From: Selaginella moellendorffii
Lineage: Eukaryota > Plantae > Lycopodiophyta
Direction: 5' to 3'
Assembly: GCF_000143415.4 (NCBI RefSeq)
Contig: NW_003314324.1
Location: forward strand, 757,379-821,378
Length of the DNA stretch: 64,000 bases
The position numbers and the translations under genes are program-made. This document shows positions 1 to 10,911 of this stretch, piece by piece. The notes under the pieces were generated by a model, which saw only the letters and a list, made by a program, of their open reading frames with translations, was not told the DNA's origin and searched no databases. Position 1 is the stretch's first letter; the number at the start of each line of letters is the position of its first letter.

Positions 1-99
1 ACAAGCACAATTCCACCGAAACTAAGCCCCACATTCACCTCAAAAAAACCCAAATCTCCAGATCGCCGGCGCCGCGGCGCTGTAGATCTGATCACTCAC

Positions 100-178
100 C
101 CAAGCTGATGATCTGCGTCGCGAGCTGCCGGTAGTGGATGCTTCGCACGGAGTGGACGGCATTACGCACCATCTCCAT
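100..178 (-). CDS. SEC11: Signal peptidase complex catalytic subunit SEC11, first coding exon (gene continues off the left edge)
   Basis: Minus strand reads ATG(178) MEMVRNAVHSVRSIHYRQLATQIISL-G then a GTGAGT donor at 99. This matches the plant SEC11 N-terminus (..SIKSIQIRQLFTQAISLG). Telo box TAGGGTTT at ~195-202. Confidence 0.8.
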
Positions 179-321
179 GGCCGCTCCGCCCCCTTAGGGT
201 TTTAGCGATAAAATTTAACCTTGTTTTAATAACCACATCTTAACTTATCTTGCCATAAAATCTGATTAAGTAGCATGATAATCATGTTTATTTTGAAACA
301 TGCTTAATTAAAATTTGATAA

Positions 322-1932
322 TCATGATTTTGCGCAAAATGCGAATACCGAATCTCCAATGGCTTGCCGATCCGCGGCATATCCGGATCCCACCCACACG
401 CGACCCATAGATGCTCGATCCGGAATATCCCTGGACCGAGCGCTCAGCGCGATGGCGTGGCCCTCAAACGAGCCCCCAAACACGACCCCGTTGGCCACAC
501 GTGGGGCCGTACACCGGCGCATTGTAAGGGTTGGCCGCAGACCACGCGATCCGGCCAGTGGTCATACTAGATGGCCACCATCCCCCGCCCTTGGTGACCT
601 CGCTAGTGGGCGCTAGGGTGAAATTCGCGCCATTGCTATTCGCGAATGGGACGTAGACGCGCTCGCCGTCCGCCCAGCTACCTTTAAATTCAAACTTTAG
701 GGTTAGGGCCAAAATGGCGGGTAAAGGCTGGCCAACCGTGTCCCAGATGACGCTGCCGCTCGCCCTGTCCAGCGCCCAGACGATGCCACTCTTTTGAGCG
801 ACGACGAGGATGTCCCGGCGATCGCGGGTCGTGAGGAGAATTGGGCACTGCCCGAAATCATAGTCTTCACCAGGTTCGTCCGGGCAATTGCTGGGCCGGG
901 TGGAACATCACAGGCCTATCGCCACACATCCAATTCGCCAAGCCGCGCGGCCCAGCAGATCTCTCCACTGTCCAGATCGAGCGCGACGACGGATTCGTGG
1001 TGGAATGGATCATCGGGGTTCCTGCCTGTTGTGTTGGTCGCGCGCGCGGCCTCGCATTCCTCCACCTCTCTGGGAGCCGTGTATAGATTCCCAGTTGCGA
1101 TGTAGATGAGCCTCCGGCGCTTTTCGATCGGGGGACTGCTGCCCCACACCGCTGCGCCTGTGAATCCGCTGCCTTCTGGCAGCATCGACGTCCGCCATAG
1201 AACCTCCCCTGTCCGGAGATCGAGCTTTTGGAAGCTCCCTTGGAATGAGCAGCAATCCGGCTCAAAGACCTCTTGCGCGGAAGAAACACCCACAAAATAG
1301 CCACTGGTGATCACATCACACTGATGAGAAGATCTAGAAACAAGAAATTTGGAGAGTTATACCCTTGATACGCAGTGCCCGACATGGTGATCTGTGTTCT
1401 TGGGCGAATCCATTTTCTACCCCCAGCGTGATTATCACCGGCAGACCATTCACCCCGACCAGCACCATTTCAAGTTCTTCCACAAGAACCGGCGTAGATA
1501 GGGTAAAAGTTCCATTTATCTTGATAATGTCGGCCAGATTAACCTTCCGCTAGCCCGCCGTAAAAGTCAACGCAAAACACCCAGCCATTCCAGCTCGGAA
1601 AGAAGACCTTCCCCCAGCTCGAAATCAACGGCATGGCACTCACGTCCAGGCCGGCATTGAATCTCCACCGCTGGATCAAACCTCGCCGGGCGGAATTTTC
1701 AGAGATTTGAGAGTCCCTTGAAGAGTAGCGGCTGTTCCGGATGTCTCGCCCGTGTGTTACCCACTGTAAGAAAGCGAAGAGTACATGGTAAAAATGGTGT
1801 AAGAAGCTCAACTCTACCGGTGAAAAACATGACTCGCAAAGTCTTGTGGAGTTGACAATGTTTGGGACGTTTCCCAGCAAAACAAGAGCCCCATTGATAA
1901 AACCTAACTATGCAAAGAGTAGTAAATCCCAT
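322..1932 (-). pseudogene. PQQ-type beta-propeller (polyvinyl-alcohol dehydrogenase-like) pseudogene
   Basis: Family motifs are spread over different frames: WVTHGRDIRNSR, GAAVWGSSPPI..IYIATGNLY, ESVVALDLDSG, DYDFGQCPILL..ILVVAQKSGIVWALDRASG, ADGERVY..ANS and VANGVVFGGS. There is an in-frame TAG at 916-918 and several frameshifts. Confidence 0.8.
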
Positions 1933-2033
1933 AAGGCAAAAATTGGCAGTTGCATGGCTTTTTCCTTAAGTATAAAATTAACTCAAAGTTAAATCTTCAT
2001 GATATACAAGATCAAACACTCTTTTCCAATGTC

Positions 2034-5000
2034 ATGGACAGAACCCAATGCCTGTCTTTGATCCAGTCCTGCAAAACGCTGCCCGCAGCCAGAGAAGCTC
2101 ACGCTCGAGTAAAGAACACTCGTTCCATCCAAGAGAACGACGACTTTGTGTGGAACAAAGTGATAGACATGTATGCAAGGTGTGGAAATGCCAAGCTCGC
2201 GAGGGAAGTTTTCGATTCGCTGCCACAAGACAAGACCATGTTTTCGTGGGAAGCGATGCTCTCCGCCTACACCAAGAACGGGCATCTAGACGATGCCAGG
2301 CGCATATTCGATGCAATGCCACGGCACACTGTTCTCTCGTGGACTGTCATGCTAGCTGCTTATGGCCGTGAAGGGGATCTGGTGGAATCAAAAAGAATAT
2401 TTGAGAGAATGGAAGAGCGGGACCTCGTTTGCTGGAACGCCATGCTTGATGCTTATGCCCAGAGGGGGTATCTTAATGAAGCTAAAAGTATCTTCGAGAG
2501 AATGGCTTACTGTGACGTGATTTCGTGGACAATTATGCTAAACGCATATTCCGAATCTGGGGGCTTGACAGAGGTAAAAGATGTTTTCAAGAAAATGCCG
2601 CAAAAGAACTTGGTTTCGTGGAACTCTATGCTCACGGCATATGCCCAAAGTGGGAATGTGTTTGAGATTGGGCAAGCTTTTGAAAACATTCCTATGAGGG
2701 ACGTTGTCTCCTGGAACATTGTTCTTGGTTGCTACGTCAACATTGGAGATTTTCAAGCAGCCAAGGCTGTGTTTGATGACATGCCTGCTTGGAGTCTGGT
2801 GTCGCTCAATGCAGTGCTGTGTGTAAATTTCCAGCAGGGAAACTGCGAGCAAGCGCTAAATACCTTCAGCGAAATGCCGGAGAGAGACTTGATTTCCTGG
2901 AACGCAATGCTCTCCGGATGTGCCTTGAACGGGCATATTGCAGAGGCTTACAAGATATTCCAGAAGATGCCTCAGCGGGATATGGTGTCCTGGAACACAA
3001 TGCTGGGTGCCTATGCCCAAAAGGGGTATGTCGTAGACGCAGAGAAAACCTTTGCTGCAATGCCTCAGACGGATCCAATTTCCTGGAATCTTTTACTGGG
3101 TGGATATACTCAATCTGGAAAGTTGGAGAGAGCAAAGTGTTTCTTTGAATCCAGTTCTCATAAAAGTGTTCTTTCCTGTAACACCATGTTGGCTGCATAC
3201 ACCGAAAATGGCCTTTTGGAGGAGGCCAAGCAGATCTTTGAAGCCATGCCTGTGGGAGATTCCGTCACCTGGAACACAATGTTGTGTGGATATGCTTCAC
3301 AGGCTGGGAATCACGACGCAACAAGAGATTTCCTTGAGGGAATGCCTGAAAAGGACTTGATATCTTTCACAACGCTTTTGGGGTCCTTGAATCGAAGTCG
3401 GGAGTTTGATCAGGCAAAGGAATTGTTTGATAAAATGCCCGAGCATGACATTGCTTGTTGGAATTGTTTGCTGGTTTCTTATGCTCAGCAAGGGCATATG
3501 AAAGAAACTGCTCGATTCTTCAGCACAATGCCATTTATTGACGACATTTCCTGGAATACTCTTCTCTCCGCTTATGCCCAAAACGGGGATCTTCAGGAAT
3601 CTAAGGCTGTGTTTAAGAATCTCTCGTCACCTTCTCTTGCATCATGGAATGCAATGCTCTCGGCCTATGCCCAAAACGGGCATCTCTTCTCAGCTGTAGA
3701 GATCTTTGAAAAGGTTCCTCACAGGGATCTTGTAACTTGGAACGCACTCTTGGGTGCCTATTCCAGAATGGGATCCATAGATTCTGTCAAAGTCCTCTTT
3801 GACGAGATGCCAGAAAGAGATCTCAGGTCATGGAATGCACTCTTAGGAGCTTATGCTCATTTTAACTTTCTCAATCTTGCAAAGGGTGTGTTTGATCAAA
3901 TGCCCTCTCATGATATAGTTTCATGGAACTCATTAATTTCTGGGTATGTCCAGACTGACAAGTTGGCAGAGGCAAGGAATTTGATTGATGCCATGCCTCA
4001 GTGGAATCTCGTGACGTGGAATGCCATGCTGACTGGATATGCGCAGTCAGGGCAAGTAAAGGAGGCCATGCGTTTGTTCGAGGGAATGCCAGAAGGGGAC
4101 CTGGTGACGTGGAAGGCAATGCTGGTAGCGTATATCCAAACGGGTGATATGAAGAGAGCACATTCCCTGATGGAGAATATGCCACAGCACAGTCTACTCT
4201 CCTGGACTGCCCTCCTTGCGGGATATGCCCGAGAAGGGCATATTCACAAAGCCCATGGTATCTTCCAGGGAATCCTACGGCTGGACGTGGTGTGCTGCAA
4301 TGTCATGCTGGTGGCATATTCCCAGAGCGGGGATCTAGAGAACACCAAATGCCTGTTCGATGGCATGGAGCAACGAGATTCCGTGTCGTGGACCTCGATG
4401 CTGATGGGATATTCGTCGCTGGGCTACGTGGAGGAGGCCAAGCGCGTGTTCGATTCCATGCCCCAACACCAGCCAGTGTCGTGGAACGCGATGCTCGCGG
4501 CCTTCTCCCAGAACGGGCAAATCCGCGACGCGGAGATTATCTTCGCGGAGATGCCCCAGCGCGATCTCATCTCCTGGAATTCGATGCTGGCGTGCTACAC
4601 GCAGCACGGCCGCCTGGATCGCGCGAGGAAAACCATGGATCGAATGCCGGAGCGCGACACAGTTTCCTGGACGTCGATGCTGGCGGCATTTGCGATCGCA
4701 GGGCAGAGCTCCGCCGCCCTGGACGCGTTCAAGGCGATGAAGCTGGAGGATTGCATCGACGATACCTGCTTCGTGTCGGTGTTCGCGGCGTGCAGCCACA
4801 GCGGCGATCTGGCGGCGGCGCGGAGCTTCTTCGCGTCCATCGCCATGGATTTTGGGATCCAGCCTTCGAAGCAGCACTACTGCTGCATCCTAGATCTCCT
4901 GGGCCGCCTAGGGCATCTGGATGCCGCGGAGGATCTCATCGCATCCATGCCCTACGTCCCGGAGCTCCTGGACTGGACGTGCTTGCTCGGAGCTTGCAAG

Positions 5001-5141
5001 AACCACTCGGGCGCCAAGAGCGGGAATAGGGCGGCCACTGGCGCATTGCGGCTCGACGTACGGCACCCACCAGTGTACGTCCTCGTTTCAAGTTTGATTG
5101 CCGCGCGGGAAACCATATCCACGTCAATCGATGTTTGCTGA
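2034..5141 (+). CDS. PLS-class pentatricopeptide repeat protein with E-type C-terminus and no DYW domain (~1035 aa, intronless), probable organellar C-to-U editing factor
   Basis: Roughly 27 tandem ~31-aa repeats (SWNAML.AYAQ.G....A...F..MP.RD), then FVSVFAACSHSG, HYCCILDLLGRLG and WTCLLGACK. First in-frame ATG at 2034. Confidence 0.93.
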   Translation: MDRTQCLSLIQSCKTLPAAREAHARVKNTRSIQENDDFVWNKVIDMYARCGNAKLAREVFDSLPQDKTMFSWEAMLSAYTKNGHLDDARRIFDAMPRHTVLSWTVMLAAYGREGDLVESKRIFERMEERDLVCWNAMLDAYAQRGYLNEAKSIFERMAYCDVISWTIMLNAYSESGGLTEVKDVFKKMPQKNLVSWNSMLTAYAQSGNVFEIGQAFENIPMRDVVSWNIVLGCYVNIGDFQAAKAVFDDMPAWSLVSLNAVLCVNFQQGNCEQALNTFSEMPERDLISWNAMLSGCALNGHIAEAYKIFQKMPQRDMVSWNTMLGAYAQKGYVVDAEKTFAAMPQTDPISWNLLLGGYTQSGKLERAKCFFESSSHKSVLSCNTMLAAYTENGLLEEAKQIFEAMPVGDSVTWNTMLCGYASQAGNHDATRDFLEGMPEKDLISFTTLLGSLNRSREFDQAKELFDKMPEHDIACWNCLLVSYAQQGHMKETARFFSTMPFIDDISWNTLLSAYAQNGDLQESKAVFKNLSSPSLASWNAMLSAYAQNGHLFSAVEIFEKVPHRDLVTWNALLGAYSRMGSIDSVKVLFDEMPERDLRSWNALLGAYAHFNFLNLAKGVFDQMPSHDIVSWNSLISGYVQTDKLAEARNLIDAMPQWNLVTWNAMLTGYAQSGQVKEAMRLFEGMPEGDLVTWKAMLVAYIQTGDMKRAHSLMENMPQHSLLSWTALLAGYAREGHIHKAHGIFQGILRLDVVCCNVMLVAYSQSGDLENTKCLFDGMEQRDSVSWTSMLMGYSSLGYVEEAKRVFDSMPQHQPVSWNAMLAAFSQNGQIRDAEIIFAEMPQRDLISWNSMLACYTQHGRLDRARKTMDRMPERDTVSWTSMLAAFAIAGQSSAALDAFKAMKLEDCIDDTCFVSVFAACSHSGDLAAARSFFASIAMDFGIQPSKQHYCCILDLLGRLGHLDAAEDLIASMPYVPELLDWTCLLGACKNHSGAKSGNRAATGALRLDVRHPPVYVLVSSLIAARETISTSIDVC

Positions 5142-5320
5142 CGTGTTTGCCGGCGGAGAAGCCACGTTGAGCTCGCCATGTCAGCTGGGCTAATGACGTG
5201 GGTGATACAACGGCTGGAGATGGGCCACGTAGAAGAAAAGAATGACACGTAGAGGTACTTTTTCGACGCACGCATCGGTTAGGGCTTACATTTTTCCCGG
5301 TTCTTTCGCAGGACTGGGCC
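5142..5320 (+). promoter_or_regulatory. Promoter with clustered ACGT (G-box/ABRE-like) cores and site II elements
   Basis: ACGTG/CACGT cores at ~5141, 5163, 5196, 5226 and 5246; TGGGCT/TGGGCC at ~5185, 5221 and 5315. Lies upstream of the gene at 5322. Confidence 0.45.
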
Positions 5321-5321
5321 G

Positions 5322-6478
5322 ATGGCCATGGATCCGCCCAAGGCGCCCAGTGTGGGCTTGGATCGCGCCGCCGTGGATCGCAAGCTCTCGGCGCCCAAGG
5401 GTGAGATCGAGAAGGCCGCCAGCGCCAGGCGACAGTCGTTCATGAAGGCGCCACACGAGAAGCCGGCGATGCAATACGATGCCGATGTGTTGCTGCGAGC
5501 TCTTTGCAAGCCCTGGGAAATGGTAAGCACAGCTTCTTCTGGAGAAAGAAAATTTTTTCTTTTTTACATTTTTTTGTTTCTCAGGGTGGTCATACACACG
5601 ATTTCCTGCTTTGCCATCGCTCGGCAAGGAGTACCGATCTATACAAGCACTATGAGACGGACAAATACTTGATCAAGGTAAGTTCTCGTCTGCGATTTCT
5701 CGAGTCTAAAAAACTTCTTTTTTCTCCCCAGAAACATGAAAAGATGGTAGCCGAGAAGGTTGCCTGGAACAGGCAACGGAAGCTACGAGAGGACATGCTT
5801 CATCTCTTGACAAGGCTACATTCCATCGAGAAGCAGCGACGTCGCTTTATAGGTCTACGAATCATCCGTTGCCTCTGAGCCAACCCTGCCTGCCATCACC
5901 ACCGTGAATGTGCTGCCTTGAGGGGTCGGGTTAGAGTGTAGAGCCATTTAGCAAAGCGACTTTGGCTATGAGGTGACGGATTTGGTTACTTTCTTGTGTG
6001 CTGATTTGTGTCTCTTTGCTCTCTTTCTGTTTTTCCAGAGAAACGCAGAGAGAAACATCCCGAAGATTTTGAGGACATACCCGACGACTTCAAGGAAGAG
6101 AATGAGAACATCAAAGTGGGAGCGATCAATCTCGCAAACACTTTCTTCGAGAAGAGAGCGTCCCAGCTTGCGTTGATGCGGCCTTATAAACCAGCCCCGG
6201 CTTATCCAGAGCACCCTGTAGTACCGCCGCCGCCAGCAACCACGACAAGCCTCATCGAGCCGCCAAAGTATGTTTTGGAGCCTTTAGATCCCAAAACAGG
6301 TACACGGCTTTTCAAAGTTTGCTGCATCTCCACTTTGATCACGTCTTGATTCTCGCGTTTTCTAGTTGCGTTGAGGGAGGAGGTGGAAAATCTCAACCTC
6401 TTCGACGAGAAGCTGCAAACTCTATTGCCTCCGGCACCAGGAAGCGCAAAGTCCTTTCCAAAGAAGAAGAAGAAGTAA
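5322..6478 (+). CDS. Five-exon protein of unknown function (coiled-coil, proline-rich, basic KKKKK tail)
   Basis: Exons 5322-5522, 5585-5677, 5732-5852, 6039-6299 and 6366-6478 join in frame through canonical GT-AG introns and end in PKKKKK-TAA. Confidence 0.7.
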
Positions 6479-6767
6479 AGGTCCTGGCCAACGGTTCACT
6501 TGTGCTTCGGTGCGTTTTTTATCTTTTCCAAGTAAAGTTTATGGTTCTAAGCAAGGCAGTGGATCCAACGGCCACTGCCCGAGCCACGAAGCTACACTGC
6601 GGCCATTCACAACCTTATCTCCAGCTTATCCACGGTCATCCAATTGGCATCCTTGGCATCGGATGGTGTTTATGAGCAAAACCAAGTGACACAAAAGAGG
6701 TGGAAGCCAAAAGAGGTATAGTAGAGGAAGAGCTACAAACTTAACAGGGACAGCAGTAGCAGCAGCC

Positions 6768-7085
6768 ATGGCGAGCGCACTGGCCTCCTCGCTCTCCTCG
6801 ATCGCTAGCACCAAGGCCACTATCACGACGAACAGGAACAGGAAAGCCGGGGGAGTGAGCTCGGTGGTGAGGTGCCAAGCCAGCGAGATAAAGGACGAAG
6901 TGATCAAACGCAGGGCCATGGTTGCGAGTGTGGGAGTGGCACTCTTGTCCATGGTTGCCACTGGAGCTGCCCACGCTATTCCGCCGGTTCCAGAGGGCGA
7001 GCCAAAGCCCGGCACCAAGGAGGCCATCAAGAAGTATGCCAACATTTGCCGATCCATGCCCACTGCTGCGGTGTGCCATGGCTGA
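6768..7085 (+). CDS. PSBTN: Nuclear-encoded photosystem II 5 kDa protein PsbTn
   Basis: Transit peptide, twin-Arg (KRRAM) thylakoid signal ending AHA, and mature EPKPGTKEAIKKYANICRSMPTAAVCHG with two Cys. I-box-like CTTATC at ~6614 and ~6625 upstream. Confidence 0.92.
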   Translation: MASALASSLSSIASTKATITTNRNRKAGGVSSVVRCQASEIKDEVIKRRAMVASVGVALLSMVATGAAHAIPPVPEGEPKPGTKEAIKKYANICRSMPTAAVCHG

Positions 7086-7370
7086 GCTCGAGCAAGCTCG
7101 AGTTCCAGCGTGCTACCAGAGCTTACTCATTTGGGTGTGTATATATCATTCCTTTCATTCATCTTGCTTGGTTTTTTTCGTCTTGATTTCTTTTGCAAAC
7201 AGGTTCTCCAGTGGTCTGGTCTATGTAAAGAAAAATTTCTTCCATGCGCAATGAAATGGAAAGACTTTTTACTGTGAAGAGGTAGTTAAGCACTAATGTT
7301 TAACTTAATTACCTTTTGACTTAATTCAATGAAGAGTGCACTGCCCTAATTATCGTTTTTCGATCAAGAC

Positions 7371-8231
7371 ATGGAAAAATACAGTTTCGGGAGAGTGTTA
7401 GGGCGTGGTAGTGAAGGAAAAATGATGCTGGGGTGTAACAATCAAAACAATAATAAGGTAGCAATTAAGTATTTAGGACAAGAGCACTCTATTTTGAATG
7501 CTATGGTGAACGAGGTAGAAATCTTGGAAGAGTGTGCTGGGCATGTGAATATTATCAATCTTCTGGATGTTACAACAAACAAGAATGGTAGCTTTATGGT
7601 CTTTGACCTGATGGAAACAGACCTAAAACATCACAGGAGGCTTGAAAAACAAGAGATTAGATCTTTCATGGGGCAGATCCTTTCAGGGCTTGCATGGATC
7701 CACTCCAACAAGATCGTCCACCAGGATATAAAGCCTGAAAATCTGCTAGTGAAAGGTGGCGTGGTGAAGCTTGCTGACTTTGGTCACACACGAAGGTTGT
7801 GGGAACAACCTAGGGAATGTTTTGGGACACTATCATATCATTCTCCTAAGCAACTCAAAGGTGAGAGGGGCCTTTACTCTACAGCAATAGACATATGGGC
7901 AGTCGGGTGTGTTTTTGCAGAGTTAGTTCTAGGGTTTCGGTTATTTAATCCCATAGACTATGAATTTATGAATGAGGAGGATTGGAAAAGCCAGATGATG
8001 GAATTAATTCAAGCATAGAATTCATGGTCAGAATTGAAGCTTATAGTAGGCAATAAAAGCACTGTGAAGCTTATGGCAAGGATGCTAGAGGTGGATCCTC
8101 ACAAAAAGATTTCTGCCCAAAAGGCATTAAAATCTAAGTATTTTAATTCTGTGGAAGTGGGCACCCCAAGTATGCAAATGGTTGGTACTGGTGTTTGTAA
8201 GATTTTCAATTTGGCATGTATTGCTCATTAA
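7371..8231 (+). pseudogene. Intronless CDK/CMGC-like kinase pseudogene
   Basis: GRGSEG, VAIK, HQDIKPEN, DFG and DIWAVGC motifs. A premature TAG at 8016-8018 precedes the in-frame subdomain XI (MLEVDPHKKISAQKAL). HRD has become HQD and YRxPE has become YHSPK. Confidence 0.8.
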
Positions 8232-8408
8232 AATGTGTATGAAAAAAGGAAAATACATCTACACGTATTCACTAATTACACCAAATGTAAGACAAAGGGG
8301 TGTATTACATTTAAAATCCAAAGAAAAGAGAAAAAAGGAAATCTATTACTACAGGACGCGTGTCGTGTAACGTGTCCATCACAGTTTTAGGGTTCTTCAG
8401 TCTCGACG

Positions 8409-10447
8409 ATGAAGCGGGTGAATGTGGCGCGCGTCTTCTCCAGGCTCCTCGCCCAGAATGCCCCAGCAGCTGAATCCAGGGGGGCGCCATCCGATCTCTC
8501 CTCGTCTGGCGCCACGGCGCTGGCCGATCGCGGCCCCTTTGCCTCGCATCTCAAGAGCCGCGCCGTGCTGGGATTCGATGGCGACGACACATTCAAGTTC
8601 CTGCAAGGCCTGGCAACCAACGACGTTCTCCAGCTCGAGGCCGACGAGCACTCCGCCAAGCTGGGAACGCCCACTCCCAATCAGCCGGGCGTCGTCCAGC
8701 CCCCAATCTACACTGGGATTCTCAACCCCCAGGGGAGGTTCTTGTTTGATATGTTCCTCTACAAGCCTGTGCAGGAATCCGAGAAGCTGGGCAAGGGTGG
8801 CGATGCTCCAGGGGCTGGCAAGAGTGTTCCACAGCTCGTTGCCGATGTGGATGCTGCCAGTTTTGACGATCTCATCGCTTATCTCAAAAGGTATCCAAAA
8901 TTCGATTTCTTCTTTCTCAAGTTCTTCCTCTTGGTTTTCTAGTGCCTTTTTTTCTTTGGTTGCTTTCATTATTAGTATGTTTCTCGCTCCATTCTCCTTT
9001 TTTTCTTTTTTCTTTGGCTGGGGTGTTTTTGCAAGTTTATTTCATCGCAAAAAAATTCTTTTATGTCATAATGGGCATGTCCTGGAATTTGCTCCGATAC
9101 CTTTTTTTCGTCTTTCCATTCTGCTGTTGCCTCGCTTCTTTATTTTATGTTTCCTTCTCTGCCTGGGTGCGACTTTGCAATGCTAGTTTTTCCTTGTTTG
9201 TATAAAAACAATGAATTTGTATATGTCACAGTCGAATGGTTTTCATTTGCTTACGTTCCATCAGGTTTCTTGTTTGTTTTTCCAGATGCATCTCTTAAAT
9301 TCTTGTCCAACGTATGTAAAACTTTTTCGGTTTTTAATCTTCCTCCAGGTACATTTTACGCTCCAAAGTCAATATCGAGGACCTTTCGAAGGATCTCTGC
9401 GCCTGGCAACGCTTTGGCGGTGCTCTAGCAGGTTCTTCCACTTCCGAGACTGGCGCTGGCAACATCGGCTGGGCTGGAGGCCGGGACTTGAGTGGGACAA
9501 CCGCTGCGGAAGGAAATGGAAATGGCTGGCGATGGTTTAAAGATCCCAGGCTCGACGCGCTTGGATTCCGTGGCGTCTTCTCCTCTGGCATAACACGTAA
9601 GAATCTGTCCAAGGTTTGTCAGTCACGAGAAGAGACTTACCAAGAAGAAATTGTTGATCAACTCTTGTTTTGGAACAGCGCCTTTGATCGAAGCTGATCA
9701 AGAAGTTGACGAGGAGTATTACCTTCTCTGGCGACTGGAGCAGGGAGTTCCCGAGGGCCCGGCTGAAATTCCTGGAGGTGAGTTAATCACTTTTCCACTT
9801 ACGGTTTCGTACAAACTTAGAAGTTGTAAACTGCTGTCTTTCTTTTCCCAGGAGAAGCCATTCCACTCGAGTACAACATGGCCGCTCTCAACGCCATCAG
9901 CTTTGAGAAAGGCTGCTACGTCGGACAGGAACTAATAGCAAGGACGCATTACCGAGGAGAAATTCGCAAGAGGCTCATGCCTGTAAACTTCGTTCTGGAA
10001 AACGGAGAAGGTACTTTTCCTTACTCTCCATTCTTTTAGTTTCTCTTTAGGATCTCGTACTCGACGCGAGCGTGCATCCTTCCTCTCGCATCTGAACTCT
10101 CCCTCCACACACGGCACAGCCTTTAGAAAACTCTCTTCTTTAGAGTCTCCAGCTAGTCGTGAGCTTTCATCCTCGAAAGCAACTCACGAAACTTCGAAGG
10201 TCTCTCATGGTTTGCTTGTTTAATGGCAGAAATGCGCGAGGGAGTGGCTCGTGGCACAGAGATTATGGATGGAGAAACCGGGAAGAAAGTGGGGACTGTC
10301 ATCACAGCTCTTGGCTCGCGAGGATTGGCGATGGTGAGACTGGAGGCGGCAGCTAAAGACAGACTGAAGCTCCAGGGTTGCGGCGGCGCTTTCGTGAAGC
10401 CCATTCGCCCCAAATGGTGGCCCAGTCAATGGGGCACTGTTGACTAA
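8409..10447 (+). CDS. IBA57: Mitochondrial IBA57/CAF17 (YgfZ/GcvT family) Fe-S assembly factor
   Basis: Exons 8409-8890, 9349-9596, 9679-9777, 9852-10010 and 10230-10447. Motifs [27 protein letters not shown] and the signature [17 protein letters not shown]. Confidence 0.92.
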
Positions 10448-10495
10448 CCGGGCCACTGTTGATATGGCCACAACAAAATGATGGGCATATCCCTG

Positions 10496-10760
10496 GGAAT
10501 ATCCCCTCTACAGTGTAGGGTTTGTAACAATGAATTTCAAGCGTCAAACGGATATCCACTGGAACACTTGGTCTACGTACATTTCCATGCTGTTAAAGCA
10601 ATGCCAGCGACGACGACGGCAGTTTCCATGGATGGCGGATCATCTGAGAGACTTCCGCCTCCGGAACTCCAGTATAGAGCTTGCTTATTTTTTCTCTGAG
10701 CCGCTGTCTTTGTCACCACCACCACCATGATTAGCGTCGTCGCAATGTACTTCGATACAG
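10496..10760 (+). pseudogene. Collapsed remnant of the SLAC1 upstream region and 5' coding sequence
   Basis: 10599-10651 (CAATGCCAGCGACGACGACGGCAGTTTCCATGGATGGCGGATCATCTGAGAGAC, AMPATTTAVSMD) matches SLAC1 at 37999-38050. GGAATATCCCC..TAGGGTTT and GGAT.TCCACTGGAACA match 37700-37830. Confidence 0.75.
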
Positions 10761-10877
10761 GAAGTCCCGTCTCTGCGTGTTTAGAGAAGTCAGTGGAGTT
10801 GAAAAAAAGAAATGGAGATCTTTCCCTCCTTGTCTTTGGTATTTAGATCAGCGCTGCTCCAAGCGACTTAAAAATGT

Positions 10878-10911
10878 CGTGGACGGCAGGGTTCGAACCG
10901 CGCGGGCAGAG
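10878..10911 (-). pseudogene. 3' half of a tRNA-Ser (variable-arm end, T arm, acceptor 3' strand)
   Basis: Minus strand CTCTGCCCGCGCGGTTCGAACCCTGCCGTCCACG followed by ACATTTTT. This matches the plant tRNA-Ser 3' end (..TCTGCCCGCGCAGGTTCGAATCCTGCCGTTCACG). The 5' half is not present. Confidence 0.7.
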
